Shown: one piece after another, positions 51,034 to 59,114 of the stretch
Layout of the letters: the number at the start of each line of letters is the position of its first letter
Position numbering within the stretch: position 1 is the stretch's first letter
Source of the DNA: a virus
Reading direction: 5' to 3' (one strand)
Virus record (IMG/VR): IMGVR_UViG_3300045988_066341
Length of the DNA: 64,000 nucleotides
The notes under the pieces: model-generated
Database searches by the model: none
What the model saw: only the letters and a program-made list of their open reading frames with translations
Told to the model about the DNA's origin: nothing
Made by a program: the position numbers and the translations under genes

Positions 51034-53058
51034 TTAATCTTGTTCTTTAACGGCGATGCTATACTTGCCTGAAGCGTAACACCAGATATTTATCTCGAAA
51101 GGCTTGTTAGCCGTAGTGGTTATAGAAGTTCCGCTCATGCTGACATAATCCCCGGAATTAGGTATCGCTTGGGTGAAAGCCGCTGAGGGTACACACCTGA
51201 TCATCAGCTCCTCCCCTACCTGCATCCCTGACTGCACGGATAGGGTGGTAGCGGCTGATAACGTAGCCGTGATACTTCTCTTGCTAATAGGCAGGTTAGC
51301 TAATGTCGTGACCGTATTAACTCCTATAAGCCTGTTCATGGTCTTCTTGTCAGCCGCCGCCATCAACCCGTTAGTAGACTCGTTGGCTACGGCGTATGTC
51401 GTGTTAGGAGGTGTAGCCCAAGTGCCATCTCCACGCATGAAACTGGATGTGCTTCCATTAAGCTGTCTCAATAAGCCGTTAGCTGTAGTAGAGGCTAATC
51501 CGTATGTGGTATTGGTAGGCACTACCCACGTTCCATCACCACGAAGAAAAGATGCCTGCTTGCCAGCGGCTGGGGCCGGTACCAATCCCGCAGCACCAGC
51601 CGCCGAGGCCGTAGCCGCCTTCATATTGGCGTAGGTAGTATTCGTATCCTTATAATAGGGGATACCACCGACAATAGGACAAGCCGTATATCCAGAGGCG
51701 TTTGTCACGGTACTGCCGTTCTTGACCAATCCTGTGGACCCGTTAGCTCCTACAACACCATACGTTGTATTAGTATCCGTCCAAGGCACGTTAACATACA
51801 TCTTACCACTACTATCCAGCTCTACCGGATAATTCTTACCGTTCTCAGTATATCCGATCATCACCAATCCTAATGTCGTGGTATTGGCCTTGGCGTATGT
51901 GGTATTTGTCGGAACCACCCACGTACCATCGCCACGGAGGAAAGAGGTTTGCTTGCCGGCAGTCGGAGCGGGTACCAATCCCGCCGATCCTGCGGCTGAG
52001 GACGTCGCTCCACCCATGTTGCTATATGTGGTATTAGGAGGGGTTTGCCATGTCCCGTCACCACGAAGATACTTGGCTTGCGCTCCGGCGGCAGGTGCGG
52101 GGACCAAACCTGCCTTTCCCGCCGCTGAGGCAGAAGCGGCTCCCATATTGGTGTATGTCGTGTTGGTATCCGTCCACGGAACATTCACATACATCTTACC
52201 ATTTCCGTCAAGAGCTACCGGATAATTCTTCCCATTAGCTGAGTACCCGATCTTAACAAGACCCAGATTATCGCTCGTGGCCTGTGAGTATGTAGTGTTA
52301 TTGTCAGTCCAAGGGACATTGACGTACATCTTGCCATTAGCCAAGAGCACAGCGTAGTTCTTTCCATTAGAAGCATAGCCGATCTTAACCAATCCTAAGG
52401 TGTCGGCCGTGGCTTCATTATACGTTGTGTTATTATCCGTCCATGGAACGTTGACGTAAGCGTTGCCGAACGAATCCAGTTGCACCTTATAGTTCTTCCC
52501 GGAAGTCGTATATCCCACCTTAATACCGCCAAGAACGGTAGCGGAGGACGTGGGAGGTGTGAAGGTACTTGGTTTGCCCGTAACCCCTGACCAAGGCACG
52601 GAGGAAGCCTGACTGGCCGTGTAAGGCTCATACCCATCCTCACTGTTTAATTTAGACTCGTCTTTTATCAGATACATCTTACCTGTAGACGTGACCTTTA
52701 CCGTATCACCACTTTGAGCCGTAGCGGTGGTAAGGGCGAATCTAGCCGTATCATTAGCTACCACGACCAATCTCTCCAAAGCCGCCTTAGGTAACCTATC
52801 TATGCTGATGGTTCCGGACGCGATCTTAGAGGCATCAAAATTGGCCAATGTCGTGGAGATAGTTACGTTGTCTCCGAAGTCCGATGAGACACTACCGGTA
52901 ACAGCCCCGGACAGCGCTATGGTCCTAGCCGCCTGTAATTTCGTGGCGGTAGGGGCATTATCCGTCTTAAGAGCATATTTGGTAAGATCAATATCATTAG
53001 CCTTATCCAAAAGCTGCTCTATCTGCTTACCATTGTATTTACCTTGAAAATCTTCCAT
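51034..53058 (-). CDS. tail fibre protein (674 aa) with nine NTTY-terminated repeats
   Basis: Repeats of two types: GLVKIGY..NGKNY.V.LD..GKMYVNVPWTD.NTTY and AGLVPAPAAGKQ.SFLRGDGTW..P.NTTY. Confidence 0.85.
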   Translation of the reverse strand: MEDFQGKYNGKQIEQLLDKANDIDLTKYALKTDNAPTATKLQAARTIALSGAVTGSVSSDFGDNVTISTTLANFDASKIASGTISIDRLPKAALERLVVVANDTARFALTTATAQSGDTVKVTSTGKMYLIKDESKLNSEDGYEPYTASQASSVPWSGVTGKPSTFTPPTSSATVLGGIKVGYTTSGKNYKVQLDSFGNAYVNVPWTDNNTTYNEATADTLGLVKIGYASNGKNYAVLLANGKMYVNVPWTDNNTTYSQATSDNLGLVKIGYSANGKNYPVALDGNGKMYVNVPWTDTNTTYTNMGAASASAAGKAGLVPAPAAGAQAKYLRGDGTWQTPPNTTYSNMGGATSSAAGSAGLVPAPTAGKQTSFLRGDGTWVVPTNTTYAKANTTTLGLVMIGYTENGKNYPVELDSSGKMYVNVPWTDTNTTYGVVGANGSTGLVKNGSTVTNASGYTACPIVGGIPYYKDTNTTYANMKAATASAAGAAGLVPAPAAGKQASFLRGDGTWVVPTNTTYGLASTTANGLLRQLNGSTSSFMRGDGTWATPPNTTYAVANESTNGLMAAADKKTMNRLIGVNTVTTLANLPISKRSITATLSAATTLSVQSGMQVGEELMIRCVPSAAFTQAIPNSGDYVSMSGTSITTTANKPFEINIWCYASGKYSIAVKEQD
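51394..52545 (-). repeat. in-frame repeat region of the tail fibre gene (residues 172-555)
   Basis: Nine units ending in NTTY. The GC-rich repetitive DNA explains the many spurious ORFs in other frames. Confidence 0.8.
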
Positions 53059-53077
53059 ATCAAACTTATTTTTTGCT

Positions 53078-53085
53078 CAAATATA
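53078..53085 (-). promoter_or_regulatory. -7 box TATATTTG for the tail fibre gene
   Basis: Reverse complement of caaatata, 19 nt before ATG 53058. Confidence 0.55.
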
Positions 53086-53113
53086 GTTATATACATAAAT
53101 ACCAAGAAATCGA

Positions 53114-53122
53114 GGGGGGGGG
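53114..53122 (-). repeat. C9 (plus-strand G9) homopolymer just upstream of the tail fibre promoter
   Basis: Counted directly: tcgaGGGGGGGGGagatac. Confidence 0.95.
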
Positions 53123-53137
53123 AGATACGGGTAAGTG

Positions 53138-53467
53138 TCAGAAACTGCCGTCCCCGTGCAGGAATCCGCTACGGAATATAATAGCCTTGTCTTTAAGTTT
53201 CTGGACAGACTCCCATTCCCATTCACCCTCACAAGGCTTAACGACATACTTATTCCCCCATGTCTTAAACTTCCTCTCTATAACAAACATCTCTGGGTCT
53301 TTTAAGACATGGAAGATACTTCCAACAGGGAAATACTTATCAGTTCTCAATATAACTCGATGATGTCTCTCGTCATATTCAGGATCGCCTACGATACGTG
53401 CCTTATAAAACTGGAAATCATTTAACGTCTGATCCACTGGCTCTATCCAATAATACCCCTTACCCAT
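53138..53467 (-). CDS. hypothetical protein (109 aa)
   Basis: ORF track; has its own promoter and a long leader. Confidence 0.55.
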   Translation of the reverse strand: MGKGYYWIEPVDQTLNDFQFYKARIVGDPEYDERHHRVILRTDKYFPVGSIFHVLKDPEMFVIERKFKTWGNKYVVKPCEGEWEWESVQKLKDKAIIFRSGFLHGDGSF

Positions 53468-53612
53468 TGCAGTTTGTATTTAATTATCTATATTTGCGGT
53501 GTAGTAACTCATAATGTTTTAAGTGATTTTCAACCAAAGGGGAAGGGTGTCCGTGAGGATGCCTTTTTTCATTCCCGCCCACCCTTCCTATGAACAAAAG
53601 ATCTACCTCGAA

Positions 53613-53620
53613 CAAATGTA
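53613..53620 (-). promoter_or_regulatory. -7 box TACATTTG, about 145 nt upstream of ATG 53467
   Basis: Reverse complement of caaatgta. The leader contains the 9-bp inverted repeat 53541-53549 / 53580-53588. Confidence 0.4.
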
Positions 53621-53640
53621 ATCATAATAAGGCTACGATC

Positions 53641-53679
53641 AAAAAGAAACCCTATCGGTATTCTATTGCCGACAGGGTT
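53641..53679 (-). terminator. intrinsic terminator AACCCUGUCGG-n10-CCGAUAGGGUU + UCUUUUU
   Basis: 11-bp stem with one mismatch (53648-53679) followed by a T-run on the minus strand. It lies 20 nt after the stop at 53699. Confidence 0.7.
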
Positions 53680-53698
53680 CTCCAACGTTGTATCAAAC

Positions 53699-53992
53699 CT
53701 AAATCATATCACTCCATTTGATTGTGTCACCGACGAAGCACCGCACCGCCAGATACCTTACGAACGCCGTCCCTTCCGGGGCGTCAGGGTCTTCCAGATA
53801 AGCCAAGACAGCCTTGACTATTTTCTGGTCGCAATCCAATACCTTAGGAAAGTAGTCGCTATAGAACATAGCGAACAGATATTGGATATCTCCCCAAGTG
53901 GCGTTATCAGGTTTCTTAGCCCCGCATTTATCGAACATCTGCTTAGCGTCCTCCATCGTCCATCTTCTCTTGGATCCGTCGGCGTTAAGCAT
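53699..53992 (-). CDS. C-terminal part of a gene interrupted by an in-frame TGA (97 aa from ATG 53992; reading frame open back to 54085)
   Basis: Same frame as 54086..54454. The 31 codons between the TGA and ATG 53992 carry no start codon and read GADADDPDYKRYIDTHGYHFSKELAREAADK. Confidence 0.55.
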   Translation of the reverse strand: MLNADGSKRRWTMEDAKQMFDKCGAKKPDNATWGDIQYLFAMFYSDYFPKVLDCDQKIVKAVLAYLEDPDAPEGTAFVRYLAVRCFVGDTIKWSDMI

Positions 53993-54085
53993 CTTGTCAG
54001 CGGCTTCCCTAGCCAGCTCCTTGGAAAAGTGATATCCATGGGTGTCTATATACCGCTTATAATCCGGATCATCGGCGTCTGCTCC

Positions 54086-54454
54086 TCAGTAATAACGACT
54101 CCTGCGTCCCCTGCGCATATACGGTTCAGTACCTTCGTACTCGTCACGGATGCCGCGCTCACCGAACCATCCCCTGCGATACATCTCGTCCTCGCGTTCA
54201 TGGAGTCTCTCACGTTTCTCAAGCTCACGCTCGTCACGTTCCAGCTCCCTCTCGCGTCTTTCAAGATCACGCTCACGGCGTTCTAGCTCATCCATTCTGC
54301 CGTCATGCTCCTTGCCATAGTGGTCGTATATTCCACCACCATAACCCATGTAAGTCCCATCCGAACGTCTGCTACGTCCACGGCCGCCTCTACGATCGTA
54401 GATCTCATCATCGTAGTCCTCATCGTGGCCGCCGCCTAAATCTATAACTCTCAT
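54086..54454 (-). CDS. Arg/Gly/Tyr- and ER-repeat-rich protein (122 aa), probably the N-terminal part of the same gene
   Basis: RRERDLERRERELERDERELEKRER and GYGGGIYDHYG low-complexity segments. It ends at TGA 54086-54088. Confidence 0.55.
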   Translation of the reverse strand: MRVIDLGGGHDEDYDDEIYDRRGGRGRSRRSDGTYMGYGGGIYDHYGKEHDGRMDELERRERDLERRERELERDERELEKRERLHEREDEMYRRGWFGERGIRDEYEGTEPYMRRGRRSRYY

Positions 54455-54455
54455 C

Positions 54456-54989
54456 TTAACCTAATTTTTTAATTAACAACTCTTTTAGCTCATCGAAAGA
54501 GGATCCCATCCTATCGACTTTCTCCTCAAGATTCTTGATCTTCCGGTCTTGATCCTTAGTCTGCTTAAAAGCCGGATTGATTTCCTCAAGGATCGAATCA
54601 CAAGCCTCTAGCGTCCTCCTATGCTTATCGATACTATCGAGAATATCGGAGCTGGTTCTCTTAGCGGCGTTAAGCTGGTTCATGATCGGATCGACCGAGC
54701 AGGCCAAAGTTATGTTATTGGACATAGCGACATCCCTGCTCTCCGGTACGACATAGGTCATGGAAGACCCGTTTATCTCCACGGTAAGATCTATCACCCT
54801 ATCCTGTAGTTGCTGATATTGCCCCATCTGACCCATCTGGGGTTGCTGGAACCTAGGCTCGGACACGTTGACCACATTCCCCATCCTGAATACCGGAACA
54901 TCGGACGTATCCAGCGTATATACTTGAAATCCTTTCTTTAAGTCTCTAAACATATCTCGATTTTTAAGCGGGAGGGAATACCCTCCCAT
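54456..54989 (-). CDS. hypothetical protein (177 aa), C-terminal coiled coil
   Basis: ORF track; 1-nt gap to the downstream gene. Confidence 0.6.
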   Translation of the reverse strand: MGGYSLPLKNRDMFRDLKKGFQVYTLDTSDVPVFRMGNVVNVSEPRFQQPQMGQMGQYQQLQDRVIDLTVEINGSSMTYVVPESRDVAMSNNITLACSVDPIMNQLNAAKRTSSDILDSIDKHRRTLEACDSILEEINPAFKQTKDQDRKIKNLEEKVDRMGSSFDELKELLIKKLG

Positions 54990-55006
54990 TAGACATCCAA
55001 TCTAAC

Positions 55007-55423
55007 CTATTCCTCATCAACAGTCGTCTCCGACGCCGAGGCGGAAGTTGTAGGCACACAGCAATCCATGAGCCTCAATACACCCCTTACCTTGTTGAAA
55101 TAAACAAGGCGTTCGGTGTTGTTAACCATAGCCGCTCCGGTCACAGCCACGTTGATCGGATTCACCACAGCCACGCCGGTTACCGGGCAGCATGTGTCAT
55201 CACCTACCGTGGATACGGTGCTGTTCGCTGGGACAGCTATCTGTACTGGCAATGTCTCGCCTGTTGTCGGAACCACCTGCCGGATTTTCAGCAGCAGAAG
55301 GCCCTCGCATGGCAAGGACAGCCATATCCTTGGGTTGATACCGAAGATGGTGTTGGTAGTAGTCACTACCACGTTCTTCGTGACCAACTCATAAAGAGAC
55401 CCTATTTTAGAAACACAAGCCAT
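55007..55423 (-). CDS. hypothetical beta-rich protein (138 aa)
   Basis: ORF track; Val/Thr-rich with paired Cys residues (CC twice). Confidence 0.6.
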   Translation of the reverse strand: MACVSKIGSLYELVTKNVVVTTTNTIFGINPRIWLSLPCEGLLLLKIRQVVPTTGETLPVQIAVPANSTVSTVGDDTCCPVTGVAVVNPINVAVTGAAMVNNTERLVYFNKVRGVLRLMDCCVPTTSASASETTVDEE

Positions 55424-55446
55424 AATAGCCTCCTTCCTTTATAGAG

Positions 55447-56454
55447 TTAAATAGCGGCGTTTCCGTTGTTGCAGCATCCATTGTTGCACCCACATCCGTA
55501 ATTACCTCCATAAAATGCTTGACCCCATCCATAAGTCTGGTAAGGAGAGCATGAAGGATAAGCCGGCACAGGGGTAGGTCTCAACTGGTTGATCAAATTC
55601 TGAGTCTGTTGCTGAGTCAACGCGGAGGCTTGGTAAGCCGACCTTTCATCACGCAACTGATTGATCGTATTCTGCATCTCACGCATTTCCAATTGACAGA
55701 ATTTATCATTAATCAAGGTTGTTTGAGCATCAATCTTAGCGCTCAAGATATTGAACCGACTCGTGGCTTGCTCACGATTGTTCGTCAATCCTTGATTAAT
55801 AGTGTTTTGTAACGTGTTAGTCTGATTCAATGTCTCAAGACGATTCTCATAACCTTGATTGTTGATCATCTGCTGAGTCTGGCAAGTGCTTTGGTTGATC
55901 AAAGAACTCAAATTGCAGCAGCAAGAGCTAATTTGATTACCGATCTCACAACCTTGTTGCTGTACGGCGTTAATAACAGCCTGAGAGGTCATACCTACCT
56001 GACCAGCTACCTTATCGATAGCGCCTTGTACGTTACAGATAGCGCTTTGCAATTGAGTGGTAGTACAGTTCAAGGCGTTAGCGATCTGATCGATAGCGCT
56101 TCTGTTACCTTGGATAGCCTGCATCAGTAACTCACGACCATAGTCGTTATTCAATTGAGCTGGAAGACCATTAGCGCAACACTCATTACCATTGCCAAAA
56201 CCATTGCCAAAGCCACGGCCACCCCATAACCAGAACAGGACGATGATCCACAACCACCAACCGTTAGCCCCGCCGAAACCGTCTTGGTTGTTACGACCGT
56301 TCATCAAAGCCGCTACCAAGTTCGGATCCATCTTATTTCCGCCTATTAAGTTGGCGAACATCCCCGGAATCATAGATAATAAACCGTTAGTGGCGCTTCC
56401 ACTACCGGAACCCATACCGTCTAACAAAACGATTTTGTCTCCACTTGTACCCAT
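55447..56454 (-). CDS. Cys/Gln/Asn-rich protein with Trp-rich membrane helix (335 aa)
   Basis: GSGSGS, then GWWLWIIVLFWLWGG, a long Q/N-rich helical region with scattered Cys, and a C-terminal CGCNNGCCNNGNAAI. Confidence 0.65.
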   Translation of the reverse strand: MGTSGDKIVLLDGMGSGSGSATNGLLSMIPGMFANLIGGNKMDPNLVAALMNGRNNQDGFGGANGWWLWIIVLFWLWGGRGFGNGFGNGNECCANGLPAQLNNDYGRELLMQAIQGNRSAIDQIANALNCTTTQLQSAICNVQGAIDKVAGQVGMTSQAVINAVQQQGCEIGNQISSCCCNLSSLINQSTCQTQQMINNQGYENRLETLNQTNTLQNTINQGLTNNREQATSRFNILSAKIDAQTTLINDKFCQLEMREMQNTINQLRDERSAYQASALTQQQTQNLINQLRPTPVPAYPSCSPYQTYGWGQAFYGGNYGCGCNNGCCNNGNAAI

Positions 56455-56600
56455 GTCTATTTATTTTTGAATTAATAATAACCCCACCTGATGGCGGGCG
56501 TTACAAAGTTCAAAAATTAACAGCCCTAAAATCGTGATATGTGTCATCATCAAAGTACGTCATGTCTTGTAAATGGGATTAATAAGAACCGATACAAGAC

Positions 56601-56635
56601 AAAAAAATCCGGAGCGTATCACTACGACCCGGATT
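56601..56635 (-). terminator. intrinsic terminator AAUCCGG-n16-CCGGAUU + U-run
   Basis: 7-bp stem (56606-56635). The plus-strand A7 run at 56601-56607 gives the U-tract on the minus strand. Confidence 0.7.
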
Positions 56636-56670
56636 CATCACAAATCTATAAAATCCAATGTTTCAATGCT

Positions 56671-56693
56671 CGAAAGAAAACGTCTCACGACGT
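56671..56693 (-). terminator. weak hairpin ACGUC-gtga-GACGU + UUUCUUUCG right after the 745-aa gene
   Basis: 5-bp stem at 56680-56693. Confidence 0.35.
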
Positions 56694-56703
56694 CAAAGAG
56701 AGA

Positions 56704-58941
56704 TTAACTACACGAAAAATCTCGCATCAACTTATTTGTATTAGCAGTGTATTCATTAACTATCTTACTGGATGAGGGATTATCCTCTATCCTTGACAGG
56801 CGGTTATCGTCACTCCTTACCGTAACGTCACCCATCCTTCGTACCATGTTTTCTTGATATGATGATGGATCGGAGTATATAAGATCATCAACGAACCTGT
56901 ATATCGCACCATCAACCGTCTCACCTACCTTCTCATATAAGCCGGATTGGAATGACACGAAATCATCATACCTCTCACGAGCCAAGAACGAACCGTCCGG
57001 TCTCGCCTCGACGCCGCCGTTGACCTCCCGGAGCAGGCCCGGATTCCTTTGGTACAGATACCTGTAAAACCCGACATCCATCATCCTGTCCTGACTATCC
57101 AGATAGAAAAGGTTTCTCATGCTACTGTCACCGGACTCGATAGCCACGTCAAACAGAAGATCCCTTACCTGACCTTCCGGCAACGACATCTCCATGCTTT
57201 TTAACGTACCTCTGTCATGGTGGTTCAAAGATACGTTATAAAATCCATTAAAATCAAGGAAACGTAAGACATTATTATATAAATCCGATTTTTTTAACCT
57301 TTCCTTGATCTGGATCTTCCTCAACGAGGTACAGGATTTGATAAAATCCCGATCCTTTCCCTGCCTAGCCTCGTATCTCCTGAACTCCCGATCAATATCG
57401 ACATCATCCATCTCAGGAGTCACGGGATGTTGGTATATTAATCTGGTAAGGATCATGTTCTCTGTATTCGAGGATGAGATGTTGGACATAACTAGCTTCT
57501 TTATGTTATCCTTGACCACGCCAATATCGGAACGGGAAGCCCCGGCGGGGACCACGCCAGCCGGCAAGTACGAGGACCGCTCTATCCCGATATTGGCCAA
57601 CATCTCATAGGCCTGATCGGTGTCGGTTATCGGGGCTGTGTTATGGTACGTATTCCTACCCATATACAACATGCTCCTATCATACATATCGGAAGGGGAT
57701 GTATTCCCGGACCTTACATACACCATCCTATCCCCAGTAGAATAAGTATCCTGAACCTCGTATATCGGGTTCCCTTTTCCTGTTATCCTATCAAGATCGG
57801 AGATAAAGCTATCGTATACCGAATTGCCGGCCTGTATGGAAGACAACATGACATCCAGCGACGCCATAAGATCACGGATATCCTCCGGTCTGGATATAAT
57901 CATCTCATCGCTGATCGCCTCGCTTATATCCACACCCATGTCGGCAAGATCCATGGCTATGTCATGCAGACGTCCGGCAACGTCCTTGATGTCCTTAAAA
58001 TCATCCATATCGATTATCTCCCCAACCTTATCCCTTAGACCCTTCATATCCTTAGGCATACTGATATACGGTGTGGTACTATTGAAGTACGAGTCGGTAA
58101 TCGTATTTCCGTCCTGACTCCGAACCTCCATACGGGTCATATTACGATACGTGTCATACATCCGATCTGCGTAATCCTGATCCTCCTGATACCAGAGTGC
58201 CAAGGAAGGGTATGGGATGGAGGCGAAAGCCTGATCGAACTCCCGGCGGTCGCTGATACCGCCTACCGCCCTCATGATCGTATCCCTTACCTCTATTGGA
58301 TTCAAGCCCCTTCTCTTTCCTAACGAGTCATATGTATCCTCATATATCATATAATCATCACCAAGACCTGACTCGGAGGACAGGAAATACATATCCTTCT
58401 CATTAAGATTCCCCTCAGACATAAAATCGACAATCCTCCTCATCATATCCCTTACCCGCTCATACTCCGATCGGTTAGTCATGATATTATCAATCTCATC
58501 AGCGTCATACATCCCAGATCGCTCAAGATTGTACCTATTGAGGAATATATCACCGCCGGAAAGGAAGTTAGATACGATCATATCATTAAGATCATTGATA
58601 TTATCAACACCCAAGGAAGTAAGAGTATTATTAATATCCTTAACCTCATCAGCCATGAAATTGCCGGCGAAATAGTTCTTCCGCTTGATAAAGGACATGA
58701 CATCATCATACCTAGGTTCCCCATTACTATCCAGATCATATTCTGATGGCATGGACATCCAGTCGCCAAAGAAGGACACGAAGTCGGGGGAGTAGGCCGT
58801 ACCCCAGACCGATAAGGCCTGCTTCTGGTCGCCCAGCACCTCCATCGCCCTTTGGTATAATCCGGATGGTTGGTCGTTCGGGGCAAGGACATTATCTATC
58901 CCACCCTCCTTATTTTTTATAACATAACAAGATCGTCCCAT
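56704..58941 (-). CDS. 745-aa late protein sharing the N-terminal module of the 2,414-aa protein
   Basis: The start is set at ATG 58941 (MGRSCYVIKNKEGG...), 18 nt after a -7 box. About 65 aa align with the N-terminus of the giant protein (SC.IK.NKEG.I..VL.P.......L; A....TY...F.S.FGDW). Confidence 0.85.
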   Translation of the reverse strand: MGRSCYVIKNKEGGIDNVLAPNDQPSGLYQRAMEVLGDQKQALSVWGTAYSPDFVSFFGDWMSMPSEYDLDSNGEPRYDDVMSFIKRKNYFAGNFMADEVKDINNTLTSLGVDNINDLNDMIVSNFLSGGDIFLNRYNLERSGMYDADEIDNIMTNRSEYERVRDMMRRIVDFMSEGNLNEKDMYFLSSESGLGDDYMIYEDTYDSLGKRRGLNPIEVRDTIMRAVGGISDRREFDQAFASIPYPSLALWYQEDQDYADRMYDTYRNMTRMEVRSQDGNTITDSYFNSTTPYISMPKDMKGLRDKVGEIIDMDDFKDIKDVAGRLHDIAMDLADMGVDISEAISDEMIISRPEDIRDLMASLDVMLSSIQAGNSVYDSFISDLDRITGKGNPIYEVQDTYSTGDRMVYVRSGNTSPSDMYDRSMLYMGRNTYHNTAPITDTDQAYEMLANIGIERSSYLPAGVVPAGASRSDIGVVKDNIKKLVMSNISSSNTENMILTRLIYQHPVTPEMDDVDIDREFRRYEARQGKDRDFIKSCTSLRKIQIKERLKKSDLYNNVLRFLDFNGFYNVSLNHHDRGTLKSMEMSLPEGQVRDLLFDVAIESGDSSMRNLFYLDSQDRMMDVGFYRYLYQRNPGLLREVNGGVEARPDGSFLARERYDDFVSFQSGLYEKVGETVDGAIYRFVDDLIYSDPSSYQENMVRRMGDVTVRSDDNRLSRIEDNPSSSKIVNEYTANTNKLMRDFSCS

Positions 58942-58959
58942 TACTAAATCGTTTTGACA

Positions 58960-58967
58960 CAAAGATA
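58960..58967 (-). promoter_or_regulatory. -7 box TATCTTTG for the 745-aa gene
   Basis: Reverse complement of caaagata, followed by TGTCAAAAC. Confidence 0.6.
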
Positions 58968-58999
58968 GAAAATCCCGCCTACTCTCACGAGCGGACGGG
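58968..58999 (-). terminator. bulged GC hairpin CCCGUCCGC-n..-GGCGGG + AUUUUC directly upstream of the -7 box
   Basis: 6-bp stem with one bulge (58974-58999). The hairpin / T-run / TATCTTTG layout matches 47212-47250. Confidence 0.4.
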
Positions 59000-59114
59000 A
59001 CACCAAAATAACAACATAATAACAAACCTTATGTTTCTCCGAAAAGTGCAAATCTTTTTGCCGATCCTCACGAACAGGCAAAAGCTCAATCCTAAATTAC
59101 AAAAAAAATGGAAT

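Noticed and set aside
51173-53047. Five 82-153-aa ORFs on both strands inside the tail fibre gene (51173..51634, 51870..52184, 51878..52225, 52395..52643 and 52727..53047).
   Set aside because: They lie in alternative frames of a GC-rich, repetitive 674-aa gene. They have Pro/Arg/Ala-rich nonsense composition and no start context.
53489-53496. A plus-strand TATATTTG box inside the minus-strand block.
   Set aside because: No credible plus-strand gene lies downstream. It is likely a chance match in AT-rich DNA.
53666-54286. 206-aa plus-strand ORF.
   Set aside because: It is antisense to two minus-strand coding segments and to their terminator. Its composition is typical of the reverse frame of a charged repeat gene.
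53699-54454. Genome-wide TGA reassignment (code 4 or 25-like recoding of late genes).
   Set aside because: TGA ends other well-delimited genes in the same block (53138-53140 and 47274-47276). The very long ORFs contain no in-frame TGA, so the event is local.
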